From a virus: DNA of 64,000 nt. A program made the position numbers and the translations under genes. The notes under the pieces are model-generated. The model was not told the DNA's origin, made no database searches, and worked only from the letters and a program-made list of their open reading frames with translations. The first letter of the stretch is position 1. Each line of letters opens with the position of its first letter. Shown in pieces: positions 1 to 8,932 of this stretch. The stretch spans positions 1 through 64,000 of IMG/VR virus record IMGVR_UViG_3300035698_019747; one strand, 5' to 3'.

Positions 1-306
1 GTAAACAATTGAGGTTCTTATCATAAGTTAATACAATAGGTGGTCACCCAATCGTTCGATTGAAATATTCCTCATAATATGTGTTAACTAATGTTTTCAT
101 AATAATAATCTTTTTATATATATAAAAGTTTTACCTCTTTGTTTACGTTATCGTTTAAATTCTTTGCAAATATATGAAAAAAAATCATATATGCAACTAA
201 TATTTAATAAATACTCATTTAATTTAAATGGATGACTCCACACCGGTAACAATTACCTTAGATTAATTATAACACAAAGATAATTAAATAAACTACATAA
301 ATACAT

Positions 307-1287
307 TTATGTGTCGGTATTTATCATTTGCTTAAATATATGTGTCACCATTCCTACCTCCCAACCATTCCCAGTGGCCTTTACAGTTTGGCTTAGGCTT
401 ATCACATCACAATAATTATCGGGTAAATTCATTAACCTACACCTTTCCACTTGTGTATAGTTTCTATATGGAAGTTTTTTATTAAAGGCATCTGGGTATC
501 TACCTATTGGCATTGGTGTTAATACAGTATCTTTTGAAACTGTTGTTAAGCAATTGCTTTTATCTGTGTTAGATGCTCTTACTTCAAGACATTGCGTAAT
601 GGGTATTTCTTTATCATAATCTTGTCGCTTACCTCTATCATCTAATCTTCTACCTAAAATAGTCGCTTTATTTAACCTTCTGCCACGTGTTGCACTAGGT
701 TCAATAAATTCAGTACTTTGTAAAATATCTTTAAGCTTTATTTTTTTATCAGTTGGTTCTGTGATATCAAAATTTGCCCAATAAAGTCTAACTCTATTTT
801 GTGCAGAAGTTAAGGTACTATTCAATTTAACTGGTTTTACACCTAAGTGCTCACTAATAATGTCTTGATATTCTTGTTTCATATCCACATTTTCCAGCAT
901 CCAATATTTAGGCTTTAATTCTTTCAACGCTTTCACAAATTCAAAAAATAATTTACTCCTTGGGTCTTCAAAATTAAGTTGCTTACCACTGAAACTGAAC
1001 CCTTGACATGGACTCCCACCCATTAGTAAATCAATCTTTGGTAATGTTTTAAAGTCAATGTCTAATACGCTGCCAATTTGTTTAGTATTTGGATAATTTG
1101 ATTGCGTTACTTTAATTGTGTGTTTATCAATCTCACTTGCAAAGTAATTATTTATCTTAATGTTCGCATTTTTGAGCGCAACCTGTCCACAACTTATTCC
1201 ATCAAACAATGATAACACGTTAATACCATTATCATTTTTATATATTTTATTATTCATTATTCTACCTATAATACATGATTTTCCCAA
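307..1287 (-). CDS. DNA (cytosine-5) methyltransferase, orphan
   Basis: Motif I SLFDGISCG, catalytic GSPCQGFS, ENV, QNRVRLY and C-terminal GNGW; the real start is probably the second Met (MNNKIY). Confidence 0.93.
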   Translation of the reverse strand: MGKSCIIGRIMNNKIYKNDNGINVLSLFDGISCGQVALKNANIKINNYFASEIDKHTIKVTQSNYPNTKQIGSVLDIDFKTLPKIDLLMGGSPCQGFSFSGKQLNFEDPRSKLFFEFVKALKELKPKYWMLENVDMKQEYQDIISEHLGVKPVKLNSTLTSAQNRVRLYWANFDITEPTDKKIKLKDILQSTEFIEPSATRGRRLNKATILGRRLDDRGKRQDYDKEIPITQCLEVRASNTDKSNCLTTVSKDTVLTPMPIGRYPDAFNKKLPYRNYTQVERCRLMNLPDNYCDVISLSQTVKATGNGWEVGMVTHIFKQMINTDT

Positions 1288-1682
1288 TAAGCGTCTAAAT
1301 AATCAGGGTTAGTGTAACACTTTAAAGATACCCAACCCTTATTATCAATTTTCTTGAAATGTTGCATATAGGCATCTTCATCCATAAACAATTTAACCCC
1401 ACAACTATCTAAATCGTTAATAATAAACCTACATGTCTTTCTCAACACATCATCAGATAAGCCTTCTAATTCGGTTTCTATACAAAGCCATGGTACAATT
1501 TTATCATCATAGAATAAAAGCTCTGGGTATATAGCATAATATATATTAATACGTTCAGTACTAGTGAGTGTTATTCTTTTCTCAACTATACACTCATCTA
1601 TTAGATTATAACCAATTAACTTTAACTTATTAATTAAATCATTTGCCTCTTTTTCATAATCTTCGTTAATGTCTAATTTCAT
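1266..1682 (-). CDS. hypothetical protein
   Basis: 138-aa ORF co-oriented with the methyltransferase. Confidence 0.7.
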   Translation of the reverse strand: MKLDINEDYEKEANDLINKLKLIGYNLIDECIVEKRITLTSTERINIYYAIYPELLFYDDKIVPWLCIETELEGLSDDVLRKTCRFIINDLDSCGVKLFMDEDAYMQHFKKIDNKGWVSLKCYTNPDYLDAYWENHVL

Positions 1683-1781
1683 ATTTCATATTTGTTTATT
1701 TTATATAGCACAATAAGTAAATGTTGCTTATTATATACGAAAATGATATTTTGTTTAAATAAAAGTTAGTATGCTAACTTT

Positions 1782-1790
1782 TAATATATA
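1782..1790 (+). promoter_or_regulatory. TAATATATA putative phage late-promoter motif upstream of the terminase N-fragment
   Basis: Same 9-mer recurs just upstream of at least 18 genes, including sheath, tube and both terminase halves. Confidence 0.55.
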
Positions 1791-1796
1791 TACCAT

Positions 1797-2300
1797 ATGA
1801 ATACAAAGGGAAAGAACAAAATAACATGGGATAGTGGTAGCGTAGCACAAGTTGAAAAAGACATGGATGATGGTTATATATTAAAGGCTGCTGAAATACC
1901 CTTTTTCAAAAAAACAGTAGGTCTTCGAAAATCAGGATTACCATTTAGGTTATCAGAAGAAGAAGTAAATGAATATATGAAGTGTAAAGTGAATATATTC
2001 CACTTTATAGAGTCTTATTGTTTTGTTAAAAGTGAAGATGGTGAGTTTCATAAGATAACATTGCGGGATTATCAATCAGATATAATTGAATTATTTAATA
2101 ATAATAAGCTGAACATATTAATGGCAAGCCGACAGGTAGGTAAATGTGTTGATTTTTTAACAGATGTTGAAATTTATGACACAAAAAAAGAGAGTGAGTA
2201 TAAACTCCCCCTCTTTAAATTATATTTCAAAAATAAATCAAAAAATATATATGACTATATAAAATATGGTATATATTCAATAATTTATAAGTTATCCTAA
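1797..2300 (+). CDS. terL: Large terminase N-terminal fragment (116-aa N-extein) fused to a split-intein N-part (51 aa, Cys1 codon at 2145)
   Basis: T4 gp17-like EYMKCK..HFIESYC, adenine-binding LRDYQ and truncated Walker A ASRQVGK, followed directly by intein block A CVDFLTDVEI. Confidence 0.9.
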   Translation: MNTKGKNKITWDSGSVAQVEKDMDDGYILKAAEIPFFKKTVGLRKSGLPFRLSEEEVNEYMKCKVNIFHFIESYCFVKSEDGEFHKITLRDYQSDIIELFNNNKLNILMASRQVGKCVDFLTDVEIYDTKKESEYKLPLFKLYFKNKSKNIYDYIKYGIYSIIYKLS

Positions 2301-2804
2301 TTCAACATCTCTGCCCATAATAGTTCCTAATAAATTCCAAGCTTTTGATAATTCACCCTTAGGGTGAAGTTCATTATGAATACCATACCTAAAAGCTGGG
2401 TATGCATTAATATATTCTTGGAATTTTTCGGGTGTATATTCCCTAGAATGTGTCATGTTAGCACATCTATCACAAAGTTTAACTGCCACTGCTTTCCAAT
2501 TTTCTTTAATTTTAGGATAGGTTTTTAATTTTCTCTCTTCTCCGTCTCTTCCTAGTTCATCGGTTACTGCAAAAACAATCTCTGCAACTTCAACATTAAA
2601 TGCATTTTTGATTTGCTTGTAACTTAGGCTATCATCTTCCATAGAGTCATGTAATATACACCCTATAATAACTGACTCATCAAATCCAAAACCTATTGCA
2701 AATTCTACTACCATTTTGATATGATACATATATGGATATATGTCATATTTTTGATTTATATGTGCTTGCTCAGCAATCATAAATGCTTTTTCAATGTTTG
2801 TCAT
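2292..2804 (-). CDS. HD-domain hydrolase, SpoT/Mesh1 small alarmone hydrolase-like
   Basis: AH..Q, PYMYH, LHDSMED, AVTD, VKLCDRCAN motifs. Confidence 0.85.
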   Translation of the reverse strand: MTNIEKAFMIAEQAHINQKYDIYPYMYHIKMVVEFAIGFGFDESVIIGCILHDSMEDDSLSYKQIKNAFNVEVAEIVFAVTDELGRDGEERKLKTYPKIKENWKAVAVKLCDRCANMTHSREYTPEKFQEYINAYPAFRYGIHNELHPKGELSKAWNLLGTIMGRDVELG

Positions 2805-2842
2805 GTCTATAATATTTAATTTAAATCAAAGGTAATGAAAAT

Positions 2843-3985
2843 TTATGGGCGGGGGGTATTATGTCCCTTCTTTTTATTTTCTTTTTTGATGACTTCATAT
2901 TCTTTGTGCCAATATTGACTAACTCTTCTGATTAAACTCTTCTTATATTTGTCTGGTGTACGGTTGAATATATGTATATTAAACCTTCTCTCAAATTCAT
3001 TTATGACATCTTTAAGTGGATTCATAATATCATATACATCATCTTCTTCAGGTGTAAATTCCATTCTACTTAAATTTATATCCTTCATAACTTGTGAAAA
3101 TTTCGCATCTATTTCATGTGGTAGGTTTAGATATTTTTGTGATAATATATCTTGTGCAATGTCTTTTTCTATAGGTGTTACATCATCTGGAGTAGAATCT
3201 TCAATATCTTTCGTTAACTCATCAAAATCATATTGAGTTCGTAACGCATGTCCATTACTTCTCTGAGCATCATAAGCATGTTGTAGTTCATGTAATAAAG
3301 TACTATGCATATTCATATAGATATGAAAATATATATTATTAATTATTGATTTCTCAATATCAGATTCCGTTAAATTAGTGGAAGTCTTAACGCCAGAGAA
3401 ATAACCAGATTTCTCAGATAATATTTCTTTATTTCGCTGGCTTATATTTTTAATAATATCTTGATCATAATATAAATGTATAGTATAATCTGTATAATTA
3501 CCTAGTATATGTACTAGTGTACCCTTTAGACCTTTGCGGGTTTTATTTTTTTCTTTAAATAATAATCGGATATTAACTAGTTTTAAGAAGAAACTCAGCT
3601 CAGTATATTTACTTTTATCTTTTATCAACGGTATCACATTTTCCACATATGGTAAATTAATAAGCATATATTTGGTTTGATCTGCTAGTTTGAATTCTAA
3701 ATCAGCTTTATTGAAAGATTTCTCATATCCAAAAAAGGTCACTGTCCCATTACTATAAGACCCCCTTATTTTAAACACCGCACCGTTTGTGAATCCAGAC
3801 TCTTTGGGAAATCCATTTACTATATAATGCCCTTTAATAATTAAATGATCAGCAGTACTAGCATGCCAATACATATTATAATGCTCTCTATATACTTTCT
3901 TAGCATATGCCCTTATTATATCATCTGTGAGCATTTCCAATTCCTTCTGGGATTTATAGCTTTCAAATAGTTTAACATGATCCAT
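2843..3985 (-). CDS. putative zinc metallopeptidase-like virion internal protein
   Basis: LLHELQH (HExxH) plus downstream PHEIDA; N-terminal VKLFESY motif. Confidence 0.6.
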   Translation of the reverse strand: MDHVKLFESYKSQKELEMLTDDIIRAYAKKVYREHYNMYWHASTADHLIIKGHYIVNGFPKESGFTNGAVFKIRGSYSNGTVTFFGYEKSFNKADLEFKLADQTKYMLINLPYVENVIPLIKDKSKYTELSFFLKLVNIRLLFKEKNKTRKGLKGTLVHILGNYTDYTIHLYYDQDIIKNISQRNKEILSEKSGYFSGVKTSTNLTESDIEKSIINNIYFHIYMNMHSTLLHELQHAYDAQRSNGHALRTQYDFDELTKDIEDSTPDDVTPIEKDIAQDILSQKYLNLPHEIDAKFSQVMKDINLSRMEFTPEEDDVYDIMNPLKDVINEFERRFNIHIFNRTPDKYKKSLIRRVSQYWHKEYEVIKKENKKKGHNTPRP

Positions 3986-3990
3986 ATATA

Positions 3991-5634
3991 TTATAATTTA
4001 TTTTTTATCTTGCCTATGAATAGTGACTTATCTATTTTAATATCACCCTTTTTGAAGGTTATTTTCATTTTATCATATTTAAAAACATAAAAAAATTTAT
4101 TATTACTAGTTGCTATATAATCAGTTTTTATATCAGATAGTATATTTATGTTTTCAAATACATAGTGAGATCCTTTAAACTTAACATCACTCGATATCTT
4201 ATATAACAAAGAACGGTAAATACCACCCTCTATAAACTTTATAAGTCCGATAGAATTCATATCATCTGTTAGATCTATCTCAACATCAGATATTTCAATA
4301 ACAGTATCTATTCTATCTGCTAGTTCTATAATATCCTTTCTCTGTTTGGATATCTCATTAAGTGAGCGTATAATTTGATTTATTACAATAGACCCTCCAT
4401 CGTTACTTATTTTAAGAAATATTTTATCACTATTTTTATCTAGGAATCTGATAAATCTTCTATATTCTCTTACAAAATCTGGTGTTTTAGTAACCCCTAT
4501 TTTTTTAAATTTAAAAAAGGATATTGTACTTTTTCTAGAATATAGTACATCATTTATATTATTAACCAATATAGTAAACGTTAGTGTATCATTTACTAAT
4601 TTATTTAATATACTTATATTTGACTTCTCCCAATCTAAATCTATTATACCCACCGAATCGTCCCATTTACCCCTTGGGCTATAAACCCCTTTAAGTATAG
4701 TTTTCATGTTCCTATGGTGCTTATTGAGAAACACGGTATCTAAAAACCAATGTTTAGTATCATTTAATGTTAATTTATTAGGTAAATTAAGATAAGATGT
4801 TTCTTCATTTAATTCATCTAAGAAGTTACTTAACATTTTAACTTTCTTAGGGTCATCTTTAACTCGCTTAATCTTATCACTTACTTCTTGTTCAATTGTC
4901 ATATCCTTAGGTAATATCTCAATTATATCTTTTTTATCTACCTCAAAATGCTGTCCATCATATTTACTAGTCAATCTTATAAAGTTATTATCTCTCAAAT
5001 TATCTTGATTATGTGAGAAAAACGCTATATTTTCTTCATCACTATCCTTATAATACCTAACCTCATCACCTGGTGATAATGCTCCCTCATCAAAACCTCT
5101 GTTCTCCACATCAGACATATCAAAAACAGTTTCTGGGTTTATTTCAATAACTCTTTTCAAAACCTCTTTTTTAATATCATCAATAAAAACAACCACATTT
5201 TCTCGTATATCATCTATATCATCTGGTTTAAAACAATCATAGAAATCTTGTGACACACTCTTAGTGAAATATACACTACCTTTAGAAAATATATCACTAC
5301 ACAATCTAAATATAGGGGCATAATTTTCCTCTTCAATAGATATTTTATAAAAAGTATCTTTCATCATAGATGTATTTATAAGGAATTCTTTCCAAAACTT
5401 ACGGATAACATCCTCATCACTACATAGTTTCACTTCCTCTATTAATGAATCAAAAGCACCTGTTAAGTATTCTATAATTGTTTTGTGTACTCTATCAGGA
5501 TCACTTTTATGATTATATTCTTCCCTTAATTCATCAATCATTTCTTCTATCTGATTGTTAAATGAATCCATTAAATATTGAAGAGAATTACACCATGTCT
5601 TTCTTTTTTTTTCGAGCCAGTTTAAGTATTTCAT
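3991..5634 (-). CDS. hypothetical protein
   Basis: 547-aa ORF preceded by TAATATATA. Confidence 0.8.
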   Translation of the reverse strand: MKYLNWLEKKRKTWCNSLQYLMDSFNNQIEEMIDELREEYNHKSDPDRVHKTIIEYLTGAFDSLIEEVKLCSDEDVIRKFWKEFLINTSMMKDTFYKISIEEENYAPIFRLCSDIFSKGSVYFTKSVSQDFYDCFKPDDIDDIRENVVVFIDDIKKEVLKRVIEINPETVFDMSDVENRGFDEGALSPGDEVRYYKDSDEENIAFFSHNQDNLRDNNFIRLTSKYDGQHFEVDKKDIIEILPKDMTIEQEVSDKIKRVKDDPKKVKMLSNFLDELNEETSYLNLPNKLTLNDTKHWFLDTVFLNKHHRNMKTILKGVYSPRGKWDDSVGIIDLDWEKSNISILNKLVNDTLTFTILVNNINDVLYSRKSTISFFKFKKIGVTKTPDFVREYRRFIRFLDKNSDKIFLKISNDGGSIVINQIIRSLNEISKQRKDIIELADRIDTVIEISDVEIDLTDDMNSIGLIKFIEGGIYRSLLYKISSDVKFKGSHYVFENINILSDIKTDYIATSNNKFFYVFKYDKMKITFKKGDIKIDKSLFIGKIKNKL

Positions 5635-5668
5635 GTACTATATATTATTTTATTATATTAGGTATGTA

Positions 5669-6370
5669 TTATATATCAATACCTGTTATTTTTTTACTAT
5701 CATTCATAAGTGTATTAAATGCCACATCATCTATTTTATAGGTAGTTAGCTCCTTATTTGTTGACATTTTTTTGAATTTATTAACCACACCATTCTCAGT
5801 ACTTCTTACTTCAATAGATACCTTGCCCTTATTATTCTGTTTTATTATCTCGATAATATTCTTATAATCAGTCTGTTCTGGGTTAAATTTAGCTATTTCA
5901 AAATTCTTATCACCCCTTTTAATCATAATAAATCCTAACGCTTTATCTAAATCTGGGTTTAGGAATTTAAGGTGTGACATAGGTTGTTTAACTAATATCT
6001 GAATTCCCCATTTACTTTTCTTATTTACCTCTGCTGCTTTATCCGTAAATTGTTTAGCATGTCCAGCACTCTTTTTATATTGAACTTCCCACACATGTAT
6101 CATTTCATGTGCTAATACCGACAATGTTTCTTCCTTAGTTAATTTAAATTGTCTAGATACTCCCAAGTACTCTATTTTACTTGACTTCTTATCGTATTTA
6201 ACAACTCCTAATTCTGTCTTAGATTGTGTCCACCTAAGTTCAACTTTCTTTAGTTTCCCACCAAAATATTGAGTATTTATTTTGTCATACCAAGACTGTA
6301 AATTAAAGTTTTTAAAATCAACAAAACTGTTCTTTCTTTCAAAAATTATATATTTCTTTAGATATTTCAT
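5669..6370 (-). CDS. SprT-like zinc metalloprotease domain protein
   Basis: N..YFGG, VLAHEMIH, GH..QF. Confidence 0.82.
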   Translation of the reverse strand: MKYLKKYIIFERKNSFVDFKNFNLQSWYDKINTQYFGGKLKKVELRWTQSKTELGVVKYDKKSSKIEYLGVSRQFKLTKEETLSVLAHEMIHVWEVQYKKSAGHAKQFTDKAAEVNKKSKWGIQILVKQPMSHLKFLNPDLDKALGFIMIKRGDKNFEIAKFNPEQTDYKNIIEIIKQNNKGKVSIEVRSTENGVVNKFKKMSTNKELTTYKIDDVAFNTLMNDSKKITGIDI

Positions 6371-6380
6371 ATTTAATAAG

Positions 6381-6388
6381 TATATTTG
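6381..6388 (+). promoter_or_regulatory. Bacteroidota-type -7 promoter box TAnnTTTG
   Basis: TATATTTG 23 nt upstream of the 6412 ORF; matching boxes lie upstream of several other genes. Confidence 0.5.
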
Positions 6389-6411
6389 CAGTATATATTA
6401 AATATTTTGAT

Positions 6412-6918
6412 ATGGATATACACAGTATGGGTAAATTAATATTTAACCCAAAAAATCATACCAAGAAGCATGAGAAACAATCTACATGGAAGAAATCCGC
6501 TATTATAATGGTTGATGATGATACCTCTTTATACTATAGAAGTATCATAGAAAAACGTTATCCATTAATACAAGGTGTGGGGGGTGATATAAATTGGATG
6601 AACCCACCATTGAGAGGTACACATGTTACTATAATCAATGATAAATTTGAAGATTTAGATAAATGGAATAAATTAAAAGAGATGTTCAATAATAAACCAA
6701 TAGATTTCTCTTTTAATTGGGGTGGTCTTAGGAATAATGGGAAACACATATACTTTAAAGTAGATTGTCAGAATGGGCAAAGTATAAGAGATATTATGGG
6801 ATTGGGTAATCCTTATTTCGGGTTCCACTTAACTATCGGACTAGTTCCCAAAGAAAGTAATATAAAAAGTGAGCACTTAGAGCAAGTAAGAAAATATATG
6901 TTAAAATATAAACAATGA
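6412..6918 (+). CDS. 2H phosphoesterase family protein
   Basis: Two HxT motifs (THVTII, FHLTIG). Confidence 0.65.
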   Translation: MDIHSMGKLIFNPKNHTKKHEKQSTWKKSAIIMVDDDTSLYYRSIIEKRYPLIQGVGGDINWMNPPLRGTHVTIINDKFEDLDKWNKLKEMFNNKPIDFSFNWGGLRNNGKHIYFKVDCQNGQSIRDIMGLGNPYFGFHLTIGLVPKESNIKSEHLEQVRKYMLKYKQ

Positions 6919-7064
6919 ATGAAATATTAGAAAACTTAATATGGTTAATTTTATTATCCCCTTGGATAGTACTATCCATACTATTTGTAATAGTATCCAT
7001 GGGATTTCTATTGGTAATAAGTCACCAACTATATAAGTCTATTATACGCGATAGAAACAAATAA
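6915..7064 (+). CDS. small membrane protein (49 aa, not in ORF track)
   Basis: ATGA overlap with the upstream gene; one long hydrophobic segment. Confidence 0.6.
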   Translation: MNEILENLIWLILLSPWIVLSILFVIVSMGFLLVISHQLYKSIIRDRNK

Positions 7065-7074
7065 ATATATTTAT

Positions 7075-7761
7075 ATGAAAGAAATTAAATGTACTAGCTG
7101 CGGATCTACCGATATTATGGTTAGAAAAGTTGAATTAAACGCTGAATTATCTAAGAAGGATATAAAAAGATTAAAGAAGTATCTAAACGATGACATAGAT
7201 GATATTATAATAGAATGTCATGGTGATTGTGAGGATGAAGTAAGTGTTATATTTAAGCACGAATCAAAGGAATTAAAGGATGTTTATGATATCTTAAATA
7301 CATTAGTGGGAAATAATATATCAAATGATATCATTACTGTTTTAAGTACAAATGATGTAGAGGGTATTAAAAAGTATATAGAGAAATTTATTACAGAGGG
7401 AATAAGCCTTGATTCATCATTAAGTGATATTGATTCAGAAGAATATGATAAGGAGGAGGGATGTTTTTGTTGGCCCATATTAATATACGCCATTGATGAG
7501 AATGCACATAAAGTTGCTATTGAACTAATAAAGGCGGGTGCTAATCCCAATATAACAATCCCGTGGACTGGTTTGACACCATTGATGAAATTGTGTGCAC
7601 AGCGAGGCAAAAGTGATGAGAAATTAGAACTAACTAAAGTATTATTAGATTTTGGTGCTGACTTATCTATAACAGATGATGATGGGCGTGATGTATTTAG
7701 ATGGCTAAAAAATTGGGGTGGAAGAAGTAAAAAAATGGCAAAATTAATTGATAATTATTAA
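7075..7761 (+). CDS. ankyrin-repeat protein with N-terminal CxxC
   Basis: LIKAGANPN, GLTPLM, LLDFGAD..TDDDGR. Confidence 0.8.
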   Translation: MKEIKCTSCGSTDIMVRKVELNAELSKKDIKRLKKYLNDDIDDIIIECHGDCEDEVSVIFKHESKELKDVYDILNTLVGNNISNDIITVLSTNDVEGIKKYIEKFITEGISLDSSLSDIDSEEYDKEEGCFCWPILIYAIDENAHKVAIELIKAGANPNITIPWTGLTPLMKLCAQRGKSDEKLELTKVLLDFGADLSITDDDGRDVFRWLKNWGGRSKKMAKLIDNY

Positions 7762-7765
7762 AATA

Positions 7766-7803
7766 AAAATCCCCATCTGAAAATTATCAAATGGGGATTT
7801 TTT
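7766..7803. terminator. bidirectional intrinsic terminator
   Basis: AAAATCCCCAT...ATGGGGATTTT inverted repeat between convergent genes. Confidence 0.8.
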
Positions 7804-7818
7804 ATGCTATAAAACAAT

Positions 7819-8904
7819 TTAGAAATCGAAGCCACTGAAGTCTGAATCATTTAAATCAGATTTAATAGCACCAACATTATATGATGTTATCTCAGTTTCT
7901 TGGGGTGCTGGTTGCTTCTTATTATCCAACCAGTTATTTATCCAAGGAATAGGGTTTTTAGTTTTCTCAAAAATAGGCTCAATTTCAATAGCTTTCATTC
8001 TATTGTTGGTTAAGTATTTCATAAATTGGATTAAAATATTGGCATTTAAACCCATTAATGAGCCATTTCTGAATAAGTACTTCGCCCACTCCATTTCTTC
8101 CGCAGCAGCATCTTCATACATTTTGATAATAGTTGGCTCTAACTCTTTCCAGATTTCCACAAAACCTTCTTCTGGGTTATTCTTTAACTGTCTAAGGACA
8201 AATTGGGTAAATCCAAGGTGTAAATTCTCATCTCGCGCAATTAAAGATATTATCTTCGCATTACCTTCCATTTTATTATTTTCACCAAATGCCCAAGAAC
8301 AAGCAAAAGATACATAGAAACGGATACCCTCAAGTATATTAATAGATACTAATGTTAATAATAATTTTCTCTTTAATTCTTCTTCACTATCTCCCTGAGA
8401 GTTTATTAAATCATCATAATATTTAGTAACTGATACGGTTCTCTTAATGATTTCTTCATTATCCATAACATGGTCTAATACCTCTGATGGTTTAGAATAT
8501 ACTCCTTTAATAATATGAGTATAACTTTGTGAGTGTAAAGTTTCAAATGCTGCCCACCAAGAACAAAATGCCTCGGTTTCTGGATTACTTAGGTGCTCAA
8601 CTAAGTTAGGAATTCCCCTAGACTGAACTGAGTCTAGTAAAATCTGATACTTTAAGTTATCTGTGAATATCTCTTTTTCAAAATCTTGTAATTTCTTAAA
8701 ATCTTTCCTATCATTTGAAGTATCTACTTCATTTGGTCGCCAAAAGGATTCCATCTGTTGATCAACCATCTTATAGATGTTATGATATCTAAATTTATCA
8801 TATCTTTCGATATTCAGTTTCTCACCAAAAAATATTGGTTCTTTTGTGAAATCTATATTTGTTTTAAAATTAATTAACCCACGCACTTTTTTCTCTTCTT
8901 TCAT
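7819..8904 (-). CDS. nrdB: class Ia ribonucleotide reductase beta subunit
   Basis: FWRPNE, LDSVQ, ETLHSQSY, LEGIRFYVSFA, RDENLH, APQETEITSY. Confidence 0.97.
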   Translation of the reverse strand: MKEEKKVRGLINFKTNIDFTKEPIFFGEKLNIERYDKFRYHNIYKMVDQQMESFWRPNEVDTSNDRKDFKKLQDFEKEIFTDNLKYQILLDSVQSRGIPNLVEHLSNPETEAFCSWWAAFETLHSQSYTHIIKGVYSKPSEVLDHVMDNEEIIKRTVSVTKYYDDLINSQGDSEEELKRKLLLTLVSINILEGIRFYVSFACSWAFGENNKMEGNAKIISLIARDENLHLGFTQFVLRQLKNNPEEGFVEIWKELEPTIIKMYEDAAAEEMEWAKYLFRNGSLMGLNANILIQFMKYLTNNRMKAIEIEPIFEKTKNPIPWINNWLDNKKQPAPQETEITSYNVGAIKSDLNDSDFSGFDF

Positions 8905-8932
8905 TTTCTCTTATTTTATGTTTATTTTACTT

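Noticed and set aside
1797-2300. Truncated terminase pseudogene
   Set aside because: The break coincides exactly with intein block A, and the complementary IntC-TerL gene is present at 24507..26753.
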